DNA from: Thermoprotei archaeon
GTDB taxonomy: Archaea; Thermoproteota; Thermoprotei_A; Sulfolobales; NBVN01
Direction of reading: 5' to 3'
NCBI GenBank assembly: GCA_003661745.1
Contig: QMWS01000002.1
Location: 1 to 41,753, forward strand
DNA: 41,753 nucleotides
Below the pieces are notes generated by a model. The model did no database searches. It was not told the origin of the DNA and saw only the letters and a list, made by a program, of their open reading frames with translations. The translations under genes were made by a program, and so were the position numbers. The stretch's first letter is position 1. Each line of letters begins with the position of its first letter. This document shows positions 18,552-26,788 of the stretch, piece after piece.

Positions 18552-20683
18552 TAAGGCACTCCCAGTAACTGCTTCACTATGGACGTCACCACTTCGGTCG
18601 CTACTGGAGTCATCTTCTTCACCAGCTGGCGCTTGAAATTCGGGTCATCCGCCGCGGTCAACACTCCGGTCTTCATCGAGTCTCCGATAGCGCTCCCAGA
18701 TGTGATCCAATCGTATCCCTCGATCTTCTCAGACAGGCCCTCTGCGATGTCCACTCCGGCATCGATCAGCGGCTGGCCGAACGCCTGAATCGCGAGGGGA
18801 GACATTGGCCCAAGGCCCATTTGGGACAATTGGCCTTGAACCGTCGTCATGATGTTCTCCCAATTGACCTTTGTGGTCATGGCCTCTTCGACGCTCCGGG
18901 CCAGGGCCTCCATGTTGATCGCCTCGGGATGCATCCCCATCTGCCACTCTTTCAGGAACTGCGCCGACGCCCGCTGGATCTCCCCGGGCTGCATTTCCGG
19001 CGTGATCCCTACCGTCGCGGCGTACTCCTCCCACCAACCTTCCTTCATGGCATTGGCCACGGCCTGGCCCGCGTCACCCAGGAAGCTCGCCGCCCGCCTG
19101 GCCATCTCGTCCCAGGTCTCCTCGCGCCCCAGGATCTCCTCAATCTGCTCGCTGAAGTCACCAGTGGTGGGCTGCATGATCGATTCTATGGCAGATTGAT
19201 ACGAGGAAAGGTACGACTCCCAGGCAGACTCCATTGCACTGAGCGCGCTCGCAGACCTACTCGCCATCTCATTCTGCGCGTCGCTGAATTGCGACGTGAC
19301 TTCCGTGTACTCTCTCCCCGCCCAGCGCCAGAGTGCGGCGACGTAGTCGAGTGTCCCCGCCCAACCCGCTTCGAACTCCTGCCGCCACGGCTTGTCAGTG
19401 CCAGCCACTGCCTTCTGGTACGATATGTACGCGCCCCGGATATCCGCGAGGCCCTCAATCGTGGCGTCGAAGTGTCCGCGCAGGCGGGAGAGTGCCCGCC
19501 CTAGTTGGGCGACGTCAACCGACGCCGCAGACATCGCGTCACCAACATCCTCTGTAGCGAACCGCAGTCTCTGTGCGGTGTTGATCATGTGTTCCTGCTC
19601 ACGCTTAGTGAGTAGCTGCTGCCTTCTCAAGTCCGCGAGTGCCTTACCGGCCTCGGCGGACACCTGGCCCACCCGCATGTGCATGCGCGTCCACTGCTCT
19701 GCTGAGAGGATCGTCAGGTCTGTGGCCCTGGCCATGCGGAGCATGGCCTCAGCATTTTCCTGCGGATATGCACCGAATGCTCTGAGAATGTCCGTTATGG
19801 CACTGAGGGGACTCCGAATGTCGGTTCCGAACTTAAGCATCGTAGTGAATGCCTCAGTCTGCGCCTCCGCCCACTCGTCCGTCCCCTTTGTCGCCCCGCG
19901 GAGGAACTCCGCGATTACTCCGGCAAGGGTGTCTATCGTCGGCGCGGCATCGCGCCGCATCTGATTCGTGAGATTCCCGACAGCCGCGCGCAGCTGCGCG
20001 ATCCCGCCCCCAGCGGTGCGTGCCGCGGTGTCCAGGGCTCCGAACTTGCTGATCGCGTCCGCAGTGACGGCGTTAAATAGCGCCTGTTGCTGCTCGGCCT
20101 TGGTCATCTCATCCACGGCCTTCCCCAGCGCCCGCGCGTGCGTCTCGTATGCCTCGGAAAGCTTCACGGTGAATCCGAGGTTGTCCAGGATCATTGGCGA
20201 GAGGCGGCCCAGGCCGACGACCAGGCTGTCCAGCAGGTACTGGAAATCGCCCATACCAGCCGCTGCGGCACGCTGCGCTATGGCGATGAGTTGCGGCATC
20301 TTGGACGCCATCTCCGAGCCCATCAGGAGATACGCCCGATTGTATTGCTGCATGAGCTGGACTTCGGTCAGCATCCCCTGAGATGCCGCCTGCATGGCGC
20401 TCAGGGCCGCCTCCCCGGACGTCCCCGCTGACCGCGCGAAGCGATCGAATGATCGCTCCAGATTTATCATCTGCGAGCCTACTTCGCCTAGCTCCAGGGC
20501 CTCGCCTATTAACTTCCCCGCGGTATAGAACGCCCCGACCAGCCCCCCAACGCCAAGCAGCCGCTTGCCCGTGGTGACAAACGACTGCAACGACTCCTCG
20601 CCCTTCGTGAGTCCGCGGTCTAACTCCCGATTGTCAGCGCTGATGCGGACGAGTAGGCGCGCAACTTCTCCTACAAGGGCCAC
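18551..20683 (-). CDS. tail tape measure protein
   Basis: 710 aa, Ala/Gln/Met-rich and helical in character, with hydrophobic segments near the N-terminus. It lies directly after the chaperone pair. GTG start. Confidence 0.85.
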   Translation of the reverse strand: MALVGEVARLLVRISADNRELDRGLTKGEESLQSFVTTGKRLLGVGGLVGAFYTAGKLIGEALELGEVGSQMINLERSFDRFARSAGTSGEAALSAMQAASQGMLTEVQLMQQYNRAYLLMGSEMASKMPQLIAIAQRAAAAGMGDFQYLLDSLVVGLGRLSPMILDNLGFTVKLSEAYETHARALGKAVDEMTKAEQQQALFNAVTADAISKFGALDTAARTAGGGIAQLRAAVGNLTNQMRRDAAPTIDTLAGVIAEFLRGATKGTDEWAEAQTEAFTTMLKFGTDIRSPLSAITDILRAFGAYPQENAEAMLRMARATDLTILSAEQWTRMHMRVGQVSAEAGKALADLRRQQLLTKREQEHMINTAQRLRFATEDVGDAMSAASVDVAQLGRALSRLRGHFDATIEGLADIRGAYISYQKAVAGTDKPWRQEFEAGWAGTLDYVAALWRWAGREYTEVTSQFSDAQNEMASRSASALSAMESAWESYLSSYQSAIESIMQPTTGDFSEQIEEILGREETWDEMARRAASFLGDAGQAVANAMKEGWWEEYAATVGITPEMQPGEIQRASAQFLKEWQMGMHPEAINMEALARSVEEAMTTKVNWENIMTTVQGQLSQMGLGPMSPLAIQAFGQPLIDAGVDIAEGLSEKIEGYDWITSGSAIGDSMKTGVLTAADDPNFKRQLVKKMTPVATEVVTSIVKQLLGVP

Positions 20684-20904
20684 TAACGTCTCCTCAATTC
20701 ACTCTTCGCCTTCTCGATCAGTTCTTGCTCGGTCTCCTCCCTGTCGCGCAGCGCTTTGCGGTAGCGATAAAACCCTATCCACCGCACGAATTCAGGCATG
20801 TCCATACTCCGCTCGAGCTGCGCCACGGTCATGTGCAGATTCTCTGCCAGCTGATACGTGGCGAAGAGGATGCTATCCTTCGCGAAACGACTGCTCCGCT
20901 TCTT
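20683..20904 (-). CDS. putative tail assembly chaperone extension (gpT-like), reached by +1/-2 recoding from 20873..21247, or an independent small ORF
   Basis: The 190-nt gap between chaperone and tape measure is filled by an open frame reading ...KDSILFATYQLAENLHMTVAQLERSMDMPEFVRWIGFYRYRKALRDREETEQELIEKAKSELRRR. Its TAG shares one base with the tape measure GTG. Relative to the chaperone it is the +1 frame. Confidence 0.4.
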   Translation of the reverse strand, partial: KKRSSRFAKDSILFATYQLAENLHMTVAQLERSMDMPEFVRWIGFYRYRKALRDREETEQELIEKAKSELRRR

Positions 20905-21247
20905 TCACTGCCTCGACAGTCACCTGGCCGTAGGTGTTCATCCCGGACAGCGCCCAGACCCTGTTCAGCAGCTGCTGGACAGGGCCCCAGACCTTCTCTC
21001 GCAACTCCTGCGCCTGCTCCAGGGTCAGCTCAGGCTCTGCCAGGCCGTACTTCAGCGCCAGCGCTTCCATGCGCTCGGGATTGATCTCCCCAGATTCGTC
21101 CTGCGCCTCTCGAAGCATCTTCGTATGATCCGCTTTGCTGAACGCGCGGATCTTGACGAGTCCGAGCCCAGGCAGATCCACGATCTCCGTTACCGCGTCT
21201 GCCCTCGGCGCGGCGAGCAGCTCCTCAGCAGTTAGGAACTTCGTCAT
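20873..21247 (-). CDS. tail assembly chaperone (gpG-like)
   Basis: 124-aa acidic ORF between the tail tube genes and the tape measure. ATGA overlap with the upstream gene. Confidence 0.65.
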   Translation of the reverse strand: MTKFLTAEELLAAPRADAVTEIVDLPGLGLVKIRAFSKADHTKMLREAQDESGEINPERMEALALKYGLAEPELTLEQAQELREKVWGPVQQLLNRVWALSGMNTYGQVTVEAVKEAEQSFREG

Positions 21248-21642
21248 GAGACAGTGCCTCGCGTTACCGCGCCGTCGCTCACGATATCGAAACTGTACTT
21301 CACCGCATCAGCACCAGCAGGGCCTGGTCTGAATGAGGTGATACGGCAGTTCCCGCTGAATTTGACCTTGCCTGACGAGTTGCCCTGAGGATAGTACGTC
21401 CACGCCACTGCCGAGTCGCCGTCCCACGCGCTCCAGACAGCATCGTCCAGCGTCGGATCGTAGTCGCCACTGACCGAAATGCTGGCCATCTTGTGTCCCG
21501 CGAGCCGCTGTACCCACGCGGAGCCAAGGATCCTCAAATCCGCGATCTCACGCTCGAACGTCGGGTCGATGCTCTCGATATAGTCGAGGATGCTCACTCC
21601 CGCCAGTTCGAAATCGGCATCAATGCCGTGCCCAAAAGCCAT
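21244..21642 (-). CDS. tail tube-like protein, short paralog
   Basis: It shares FGHGI, Y(I/V)ES(I/V)DPTFER(E/D)IAD(L/I)R(I/V)L, WVQR(L/V)AG and YxPQG(N/D)S with the adjacent 240-aa protein. Confidence 0.65.
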   Translation of the reverse strand: MAFGHGIDADFELAGVSILDYIESIDPTFEREIADLRILGSAWVQRLAGHKMASISVSGDYDPTLDDAVWSAWDGDSAVAWTYYPQGNSSGKVKFSGNCRITSFRPGPAGADAVKYSFDIVSDGAVTRGTVS

Positions 21643-21649
21643 CCCTTAC

Positions 21650-22372
21650 CTACCTCCTGCCAAATGCTATGAAGAATGTTGCAGCACTTCCCAACGACAG
21701 CGTCCACGCCGCGCGAATATAGCGCTCGACTGCCGTCTCTGCTGCCACAACCTTCTGTTCACTTGTCTCAGATGTTACGTCAGAGAACGCGACCAGGTCG
21801 CTCCAATCGCTTCCGTTGTCGCTATGCTGAATCTTCGCGGACAGCGTCGCGCCTCCATCTAGCGCTGTCACGATAAGATACGCGCCGCCGCCGTTGGCGG
21901 ATGCGCTTCCGCTATCCACGGTACTTCCTGCGTCCTCGCTACCAGTCCCCGTCTCCTCGCCGAGCGTATGCAAGATCTCCGCCCTGTCCGCGGACGTTGA
22001 GCCGATGACGGTCACGGGCATACGCACTGCATCGTCTCCTGCGGTTATGCTCTCCGAACTCACCAGGTTGACGCTGCAATACGCCACGCCGCCCAACGAA
22101 TCCCCCTGCGGCAGATATGCGAACACCCGCCCCGTGACGCCGTCGAAGATAGACCATACGCTCGGCCCGATGGCGCCCGCCGACGGGTCGTGTACCCCCG
22201 CCAGGGCGATGGTAATCGCCTTGCGACCCGCGACCCGCTGCACCCACGGCGTCGCGAGGACGCGGATATCCGCGATATCGCGCTCGAACGTCGGATCTAC
22301 GCTCTCGACGTATTGCGACAGGTCTACCGTGTGATAATAGACCTTGCTGCTTATTCCGTGGCCAAAGCTCAT
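21650..22372 (-). CDS. major tail (tube) protein, long paralog with Ser/Thr/Gly-rich linker and extra C-terminal domain
   Basis: It lies directly after the tail terminator-like gene. Its N-terminal ~130 aa are homologous to 21244..21642. These are followed by GEETGTGSEDAGSTVDSGSASANGGG and a further ~80-aa domain. Confidence 0.7.
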   Translation of the reverse strand: MSFGHGISSKVYYHTVDLSQYVESVDPTFERDIADIRVLATPWVQRVAGRKAITIALAGVHDPSAGAIGPSVWSIFDGVTGRVFAYLPQGDSLGGVAYCSVNLVSSESITAGDDAVRMPVTVIGSTSADRAEILHTLGEETGTGSEDAGSTVDSGSASANGGGAYLIVTALDGGATLSAKIQHSDNGSDWSDLVAFSDVTSETSEQKVVAAETAVERYIRAAWTLSLGSAATFFIAFGRR

Positions 22373-22773
22373 TCGCTCACCTCAATCGCAAAATCTGCGA
22401 TCACATGCTGATAAACGACTCCCGAATCGTTCTCTACGAACTCGAAGCTGCCGCGCCTCTCCGCGAACCAGAAGGCGCCGTCGGCGACGGCCAGATCTTG
22501 TCTCGTCAGCAGCGTGTCAACTCTGGCCATCGCCTGGTCTGCCGTCTCCTTGCTGAGGCCCTCGTCAACGCACCGAATTTGATAGTGGTACCCTACAACC
22601 AGCCTGGTTCCAAGCGTGTACGAGTCCGTGCTGCTGATCAGGTTGATCACGATGTATGGCAACACAGCGTCGTCTGGAGCTATGCCGCGATAGACGCCGT
22701 TCACCAGGTTCATGAGTTCGGTGTCGCTGGTCAGCTTGTTGTATAGCGCCGTCTCAACTGCGAACGCCGTCAT
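22369..22773 (-). CDS. tail terminator / tail completion protein (DUF3168-like)
   Basis: N-terminus ALYNKLTSDTELMNLVNGVYRGIAPDDAVLPYIVI fits the DUF3168 pattern. It lies just before the tube gene. Confidence 0.65.
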   Translation of the reverse strand: MTAFAVETALYNKLTSDTELMNLVNGVYRGIAPDDAVLPYIVINLISSTDSYTLGTRLVVGYHYQIRCVDEGLSKETADQAMARVDTLLTRQDLAVADGAFWFAERRGSFEFVENDSGVVYQHVIADFAIEVSE

Positions 22774-23192
22774 CGCACTACGGCCTTGAACGCTTTTCCG
22801 AAGATGCCCGCGATCTTCTTGCTCGTCTGCTCTATCGCAGGCCGCAGGAACGGCCTCGGGGCCATCTTCCTCGTTCCGAGCTCAAGATACGCGCCGTATT
22901 CCACGCCGATGATATCGTATTGCAACTTCCCAGACCTCTCGGCCTTCAAACTCGCCGCCAGGGTGCCAGTGTCCGTGGCAGGCGCCTCGCCTGGTGCCGA
23001 TGCGATGTGCACGATCCCACGGTGGCGATACTCGCGCCCGGTCTTCGGCGGGTAATGGATGCGTCGCACCGCGTCCGCGATGATCATCTCGGCGATGATG
23101 TACAGGATCTTCCCCATTTCCACTGGCAACGCCGCGCGCGCCTTCGGGAAATGATCATACTCTACCTCAATCGCCAGTCCCTTGCCGACCAC
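22770..23192 (-). CDS. HK97 gp10-like head-tail joining protein
   Basis: ASAPGEAPATDTGTLAASL matches the gp10-family AP..TG.L motif. I prefer the GTG at 23192 because AGGAGG lies 4 nt upstream; the ORF-track start is 23243. Confidence 0.65.
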   Translation of the reverse strand: MVGKGLAIEVEYDHFPKARAALPVEMGKILYIIAEMIIADAVRRIHYPPKTGREYRHRGIVHIASAPGEAPATDTGTLAASLKAERSGKLQYDIIGVEYGAYLELGTRKMAPRPFLRPAIEQTSKKIAGIFGKAFKAVVR

Positions 23193-23200
23193 GACGCCTC

Positions 23201-23560
23201 CTACTCTACCAGCGCGACGATGACCCTGCGCGCCGTCGCCCACGCGCCGCCGGAGACCATGCCGACGACCTCATATGTGCTCCCGGATAATTCTACCCTG
23301 TCCTGCGCGGAGATATCCTCGTCAGCCTCCAGCGTGAGCACCCACACGGTCTTCCCCTGCATCTGCTCGGCGATCACGCGCTCCTCTGGCCTGCGCGCGC
23401 TCGCGATGCGACACGCGACGTCCGTCGCGATGACGCTCCACGCTTCCGTGTATCCGCCCGCGCCGTCGCTCGTCAACGACTTGCGCTTTATCGTGCACGT
23501 GCTCGGAAGCGCTTCCTCCTGCACCGAGCGCATTGACAGGATTTCCGCTTCAGTAAGCAT
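23201..23560 (-). CDS. head closure / head-tail adaptor protein
   Basis: 119 aa. Size, position and general pattern fit phage head-tail joining proteins. TAATG overlap upstream. Confidence 0.55.
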   Translation of the reverse strand: MLTEAEILSMRSVQEEALPSTCTIKRKSLTSDGAGGYTEAWSVIATDVACRIASARRPEERVIAEQMQGKTVWVLTLEADEDISAQDRVELSGSTYEVVGMVSGGAWATARRVIVALVE

Positions 23561-23778
23561 TAGCTCCTTATCCCCAGATATGCAGCCACCGCTGCCAGGA
23601 CTGTTGACAAGCTCCCCTGGAGCACCGTGCTGACCGTCTGCCGCTCTTTAATCCTGACGATCTCGCGATCGTGCTCCCGGACGGATCCGTTTATCACCGC
23701 GAGCCTGTCGTTGATTTCGTGCAGACTCTGATGGATCATATCCAAGCGCGCGTCCAAGGACTCCAATGTGACCTGCAT
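23560..23778 (-). CDS. small coiled-coil protein with C-terminal membrane anchor
   Basis: 72 aa. The polar helical N-terminal part is followed by the hydrophobic stretch VSTVLQGSLSTVLAAVAAYLGI. Confidence 0.5.
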   Translation of the reverse strand: MQVTLESLDARLDMIHQSLHEINDRLAVINGSVREHDREIVRIKERQTVSTVLQGSLSTVLAAVAAYLGIRS

Positions 23779-23779
23779 G

Positions 23780-24037
23780 CTATTTCCTCGCTACCGTCCT
23801 CCCGCCTGAGTACAGCCCGCTTGCCGATAGACCGGACAGTAGTCCGAGGAGCTCTACCTGCAACCAGGGCCCCAGGTCGGGCTGGCTCAGCTTAGCCAGC
23901 GTCGCCAGGACGATGCCGAGCGCAGCCGCCAGCGGGGCCGCCCAGCGATTCGGGAGGCCGAAGCTACGCTTCGACATTTCCACCAATGCGATGATCACGC
24001 CCGCTGCCGGAATTCCGTATATCACTAAGCTATCCAT
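23780..24037 (-). CDS. holin-like membrane protein (about three hydrophobic segments, basic C-terminus)
   Basis: 85 aa with hydrophobic segments LVIYGIPAAGVIIALV, WAAPLAAALGIVLATLA and LLGLLSGLSASGLY, ending in GGRTVARK. Confidence 0.5.
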   Translation of the reverse strand: MDSLVIYGIPAAGVIIALVEMSKRSFGLPNRWAAPLAAALGIVLATLAKLSQPDLGPWLQVELLGLLSGLSASGLYSGGRTVARK

Positions 24038-24236
24038 TAGCCACCACCAGTCTCTCTGTCTCTGTCACGTACTCGATGGGATCCCAGGCATTGTCGCTGA
24101 CGAGCGGCTTCACAGACTCATAGAGTTCGTCGTACGCCGACGCCGAGCCCGCCAGCGCCTTCCAGCGCTCTAGCGCCGCGCGCTCCCTACTCTGCGCCTG
24201 CTCGCGGAATAGCTCCGCACGCTCTTCCTCAGTCAC
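24030..24236 (-). CDS. hypothetical protein
   Basis: 68-aa ORF with a GTG start preceded by GGAGG. Tightly packed in the operon. Confidence 0.5.
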   Translation of the reverse strand: MTEEERAELFREQAQSRERAALERWKALAGSASAYDELYESVKPLVSDNAWDPIEYVTETERLVVANG

Positions 24237-24590
24237 CTACGCCTCCGTGGCCAGCGGGCCAGGAAGTTCGACATTGCTCGTGATCCTTCTGCTGTATTGT
24301 CGCGCCATGCGTTCGCAATGCTCAGTTATCTGAGAACGGTCGAATGACGCACCGTCCGCAGTAAAGTCGAAGCGCGAGGCGGCCTTGGCTGCCTTCCAGC
24401 GCCAGCCCTCTGCCGCCCCGCGGTTCAAGTCCCAGGTGGGCTCCCAGTCCTCATCGTCCGGAGCCCGCCCGTCCGCGTCCATTACCTTGCACATCGAGAG
24501 GAGATCGTCCAGTTCCTCGGCGGTCAGCTCAGGATCATTCGAGGACGCAGTCATCCGACTAAGCCTCACCAAAGCCTCCGCCTCGGTCAT
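24237..24590 (-). CDS. hypothetical structural-module protein (possible head-tail connector)
   Basis: 117-aa ORF directly after the capsid gene. No motif assigned. Confidence 0.45.
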   Translation of the reverse strand: MTEAEALVRLSRMTASSNDPELTAEELDDLLSMCKVMDADGRAPDDEDWEPTWDLNRGAAEGWRWKAAKAASRFDFTADGASFDRSQITEHCERMARQYSRRITSNVELPGPLATEA

Positions 24591-24591
24591 G

Positions 24592-25545
24592 CTATGACCC
24601 CTCTTCAGTTAGCAGGACGCCGAACGGATAGCGCTCCGACTCGTCCTCTTCCATGCGATTGATCGGGTTGGGAACCTGCCATGCGATCCGCATGACCGCC
24701 CGCAACGCCACCATATCCTGTTGCGGCAGGTTGTAGACGATGTTCCCGTCCGCATCCTGGATCACTGCCTCAGTCAGCACCTTGTAACTGATGTCCTGCC
24801 TGAGCGCATAGATCATTTGCGACCAATCGCCGCAGATGAGCATCGCGTTCTGCCCGTTGAAGACGCCGTTACGCGGGAACTCGACCGGCTCACCGTCGAG
24901 TTCGTAGCGGTTCCTCTCCTGGACGTTCCTGGAGAAGATCAGCTGCCCGTCAGTCGCGCGCAGTCCCCGCAGGATCCCGCGCATCGAGACGTCCGCGATG
25001 TGACCGGTGATGAAGTACCCGTCCGCCTCGACCAGGCTCACGACTCCGTTCTCAGAGAGAAGGTCGTCGTAGATGTCCGGATTGGTTCCGTAGACTACGC
25101 TGTTACCAGCGGCTACAGCCGCCGTCACGACGTCAGTCGGCCAGGTCGCAGGTGCGTTCGTGCCGAACAGGACGGCCATGTCAAACACCCTGCCCATGGC
25201 CTCAACGATCCGCGGGCGGATCTCGCCCCACACGTCGTAGTCCTGGTCGTCGAGCACAGCCTCCGGAATCGGGACGATGCACGCGAGCTCCTCGGCGTTG
25301 AGATACTTGTTCTCCCACGCCTGCTCGGTGGTCTGCTTCAGGCCGATATCACCAGATACGAAGTACGCCGTTGGCAGCGCACTTAGCACTGGGATGCTCC
25401 GCTGCGCCCTCGGCATGTCCGGCGCGCGGGTGGCCAGGCGCATCACCGCACTCGACTCGGTGACGCCCTGTACGATCTCACGGCTGGTATCCGGTGGGAT
25501 GAGCGCAGCCGCATCACTCCTGCTTATAAGCGAATTGTACGCCAT
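24592..25545 (-). CDS. major capsid protein (HK97 fold family)
   Basis: 317 aa, placed after the scaffold gene. The N-terminus and overall pattern fit phage major capsid proteins. RBS GGAGAGG. Confidence 0.85.
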   Translation of the reverse strand: MAYNSLISRSDAAALIPPDTSREIVQGVTESSAVMRLATRAPDMPRAQRSIPVLSALPTAYFVSGDIGLKQTTEQAWENKYLNAEELACIVPIPEAVLDDQDYDVWGEIRPRIVEAMGRVFDMAVLFGTNAPATWPTDVVTAAVAAGNSVVYGTNPDIYDDLLSENGVVSLVEADGYFITGHIADVSMRGILRGLRATDGQLIFSRNVQERNRYELDGEPVEFPRNGVFNGQNAMLICGDWSQMIYALRQDISYKVLTEAVIQDADGNIVYNLPQQDMVALRAVMRIAWQVPNPINRMEEDESERYPFGVLLTEEGS

Positions 25546-25555
25546 TTATCCTCTC

Positions 25556-26131
25556 CTACCTTCCTGCTGCTCGTCTGATAAAGTCGTTCATTCCGCCGGA
25601 CACTGGTGGCGTCTCGTTCCCAGCGGAGCCGTCCGCTGAACCAGTCGTCGTGCGGAAGAGATCTGGATAGCGCTTCTTCAATGTCTTGAAGTCGTGATCG
25701 CTGACTTCCCCGTCGTCGTAGCTCCCGAGGAGGCCATCTGCCTGCGCAGCTAGATATGCGAGTTGCAGATTCGTCACTCCCTCTCGGAGTGCCTTCTCGA
25801 CGAAGTCCGCGCGCACCTCAGCCGCGGCCACCCTGGCCTCGGCATCGAGCGCCTTGCGCTCCTCCTCAGCCAGCCTGCTGGACAGTTTCTCGAGCTCGGT
25901 CTTCCCCGCTTCCTCGCGCTCCCGCTTGATCTCGTCGAGCTCGCGCTTAAGCGCCTTGGCCTGCTTCTCGAACTGTCGCAGTTTGCGGATAGTCGCTAAC
26001 GCGCGCTCCTTGTCGAAGTCCTCCCCGTCGTCCCCCTGGTCGTCAGACGCCTGGTCTGCCGCCGTGGGCTCCGCGTCGTCGGGTTCCACTACCTGAGTGG
26101 CGTCATCGTTCACATTGTCATCCGGTGGCAT
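25556..26131 (-). CDS. scaffolding protein
   Basis: Highly charged Glu/Lys/Ala-rich coiled-coil sequence between MuF and the capsid gene. I prefer the ATG at 26131 because GGGAGG precedes it; the ORF-track TTG is at 26143. Confidence 0.7.
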   Translation of the reverse strand: MPPDDNVNDDATQVVEPDDAEPTAADQASDDQGDDGEDFDKERALATIRKLRQFEKQAKALKRELDEIKREREEAGKTELEKLSSRLAEEERKALDAEARVAAAEVRADFVEKALREGVTNLQLAYLAAQADGLLGSYDDGEVSDHDFKTLKKRYPDLFRTTTGSADGSAGNETPPVSGGMNDFIRRAAGR

Positions 26132-26173
26132 CTCGCCTCCCAATTAAGCCCGCGCACCTGTCGCGGCATGTGT

Positions 26174-26497
26174 TTATAGTCTCGCCAGCCTCCGAACCGC
26201 CTCTGGCGGCTCTTCGTCCAGCTCTCTGTACAACCTGATAAGCTTCCGTGCGGCCTTCCGCTTCTCAGCCGCCGGTGCATCTACACCGCCTCGCGCTCCC
26301 GCGAGGACACCAGCTGCCGCGTGCACCGCGTTGCGATTCAGCGCGCCGCCTGGCTCGTACACCGGCAGTTTGCAATTGGCCTTCACCTTAGTCTCACCTG
26401 AGGGATTGAGGTCGATGAGGCAGGCTTTGCAGAACGCCGCCGCGCTGCGGTAATCCGCCGCCGTGATCGGCCCCCACGGTTTGTTACTAACAGCCAT
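26174..26497 (-). CDS. hypothetical protein
   Basis: 107-aa ORF with RBS GGAGG. Reads KPWGPITAADY...KLPVYEPGGALNRNAVHAAAGVLAGARGGV. No function assigned. Confidence 0.6.
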   Translation of the reverse strand: MAVSNKPWGPITAADYRSAAAFCKACLIDLNPSGETKVKANCKLPVYEPGGALNRNAVHAAAGVLAGARGGVDAPAAEKRKAARKLIRLYRELDEEPPEAVRRLARL

Positions 26498-26593
26498 TTA
26501 TGACCTCCGCAGTAAAAGCCCAGACGGAACCCCAATATCAGTCTATCAGCTCCCAGGGGCTTCTGTAAATACCCGTTGGAAGATGATCGTGCA

Positions 26594-26788
26594 TCACTCC
26601 TCTCCGCTCCGCTCGCGTAGCGTGACCGACCACTCCCCGCGCTCCGCCGCCTCCCGGTCGAAGCGCGTCGGGATCTTCTTCCCGTCCGTCCCAATGTCGC
26701 GCCTAACTCGCTTGATCCAGTCTTCGTTTTCAGGCAACCTGTCCAGGTTGCCGATGAACCTCACCCTCTGCCATTTCCTACGCGCCAA
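26594..26788 (-). CDS. hypothetical small protein (uncertain)
   Basis: Only TTG or GTG starts are available and the RBS is weak. Third codon positions are GC-rich. Confidence 0.35.
   Translation of the reverse strand: MARRKWQRVRFIGNLDRLPENEDWIKRVRRDIGTDGKKIPTRFDREAAERGEWSVTLRERSGEE

Noticed and set aside
20683-20904. Canonical -1 programmed frameshift for the tail chaperone.
   Set aside because: The -1 frame relative to 20873..21247 hits a TGA within about 20 codons. The protein-like continuation is in the +1 frame. I found no XXXYYYZ slippery heptamer in the overlap.
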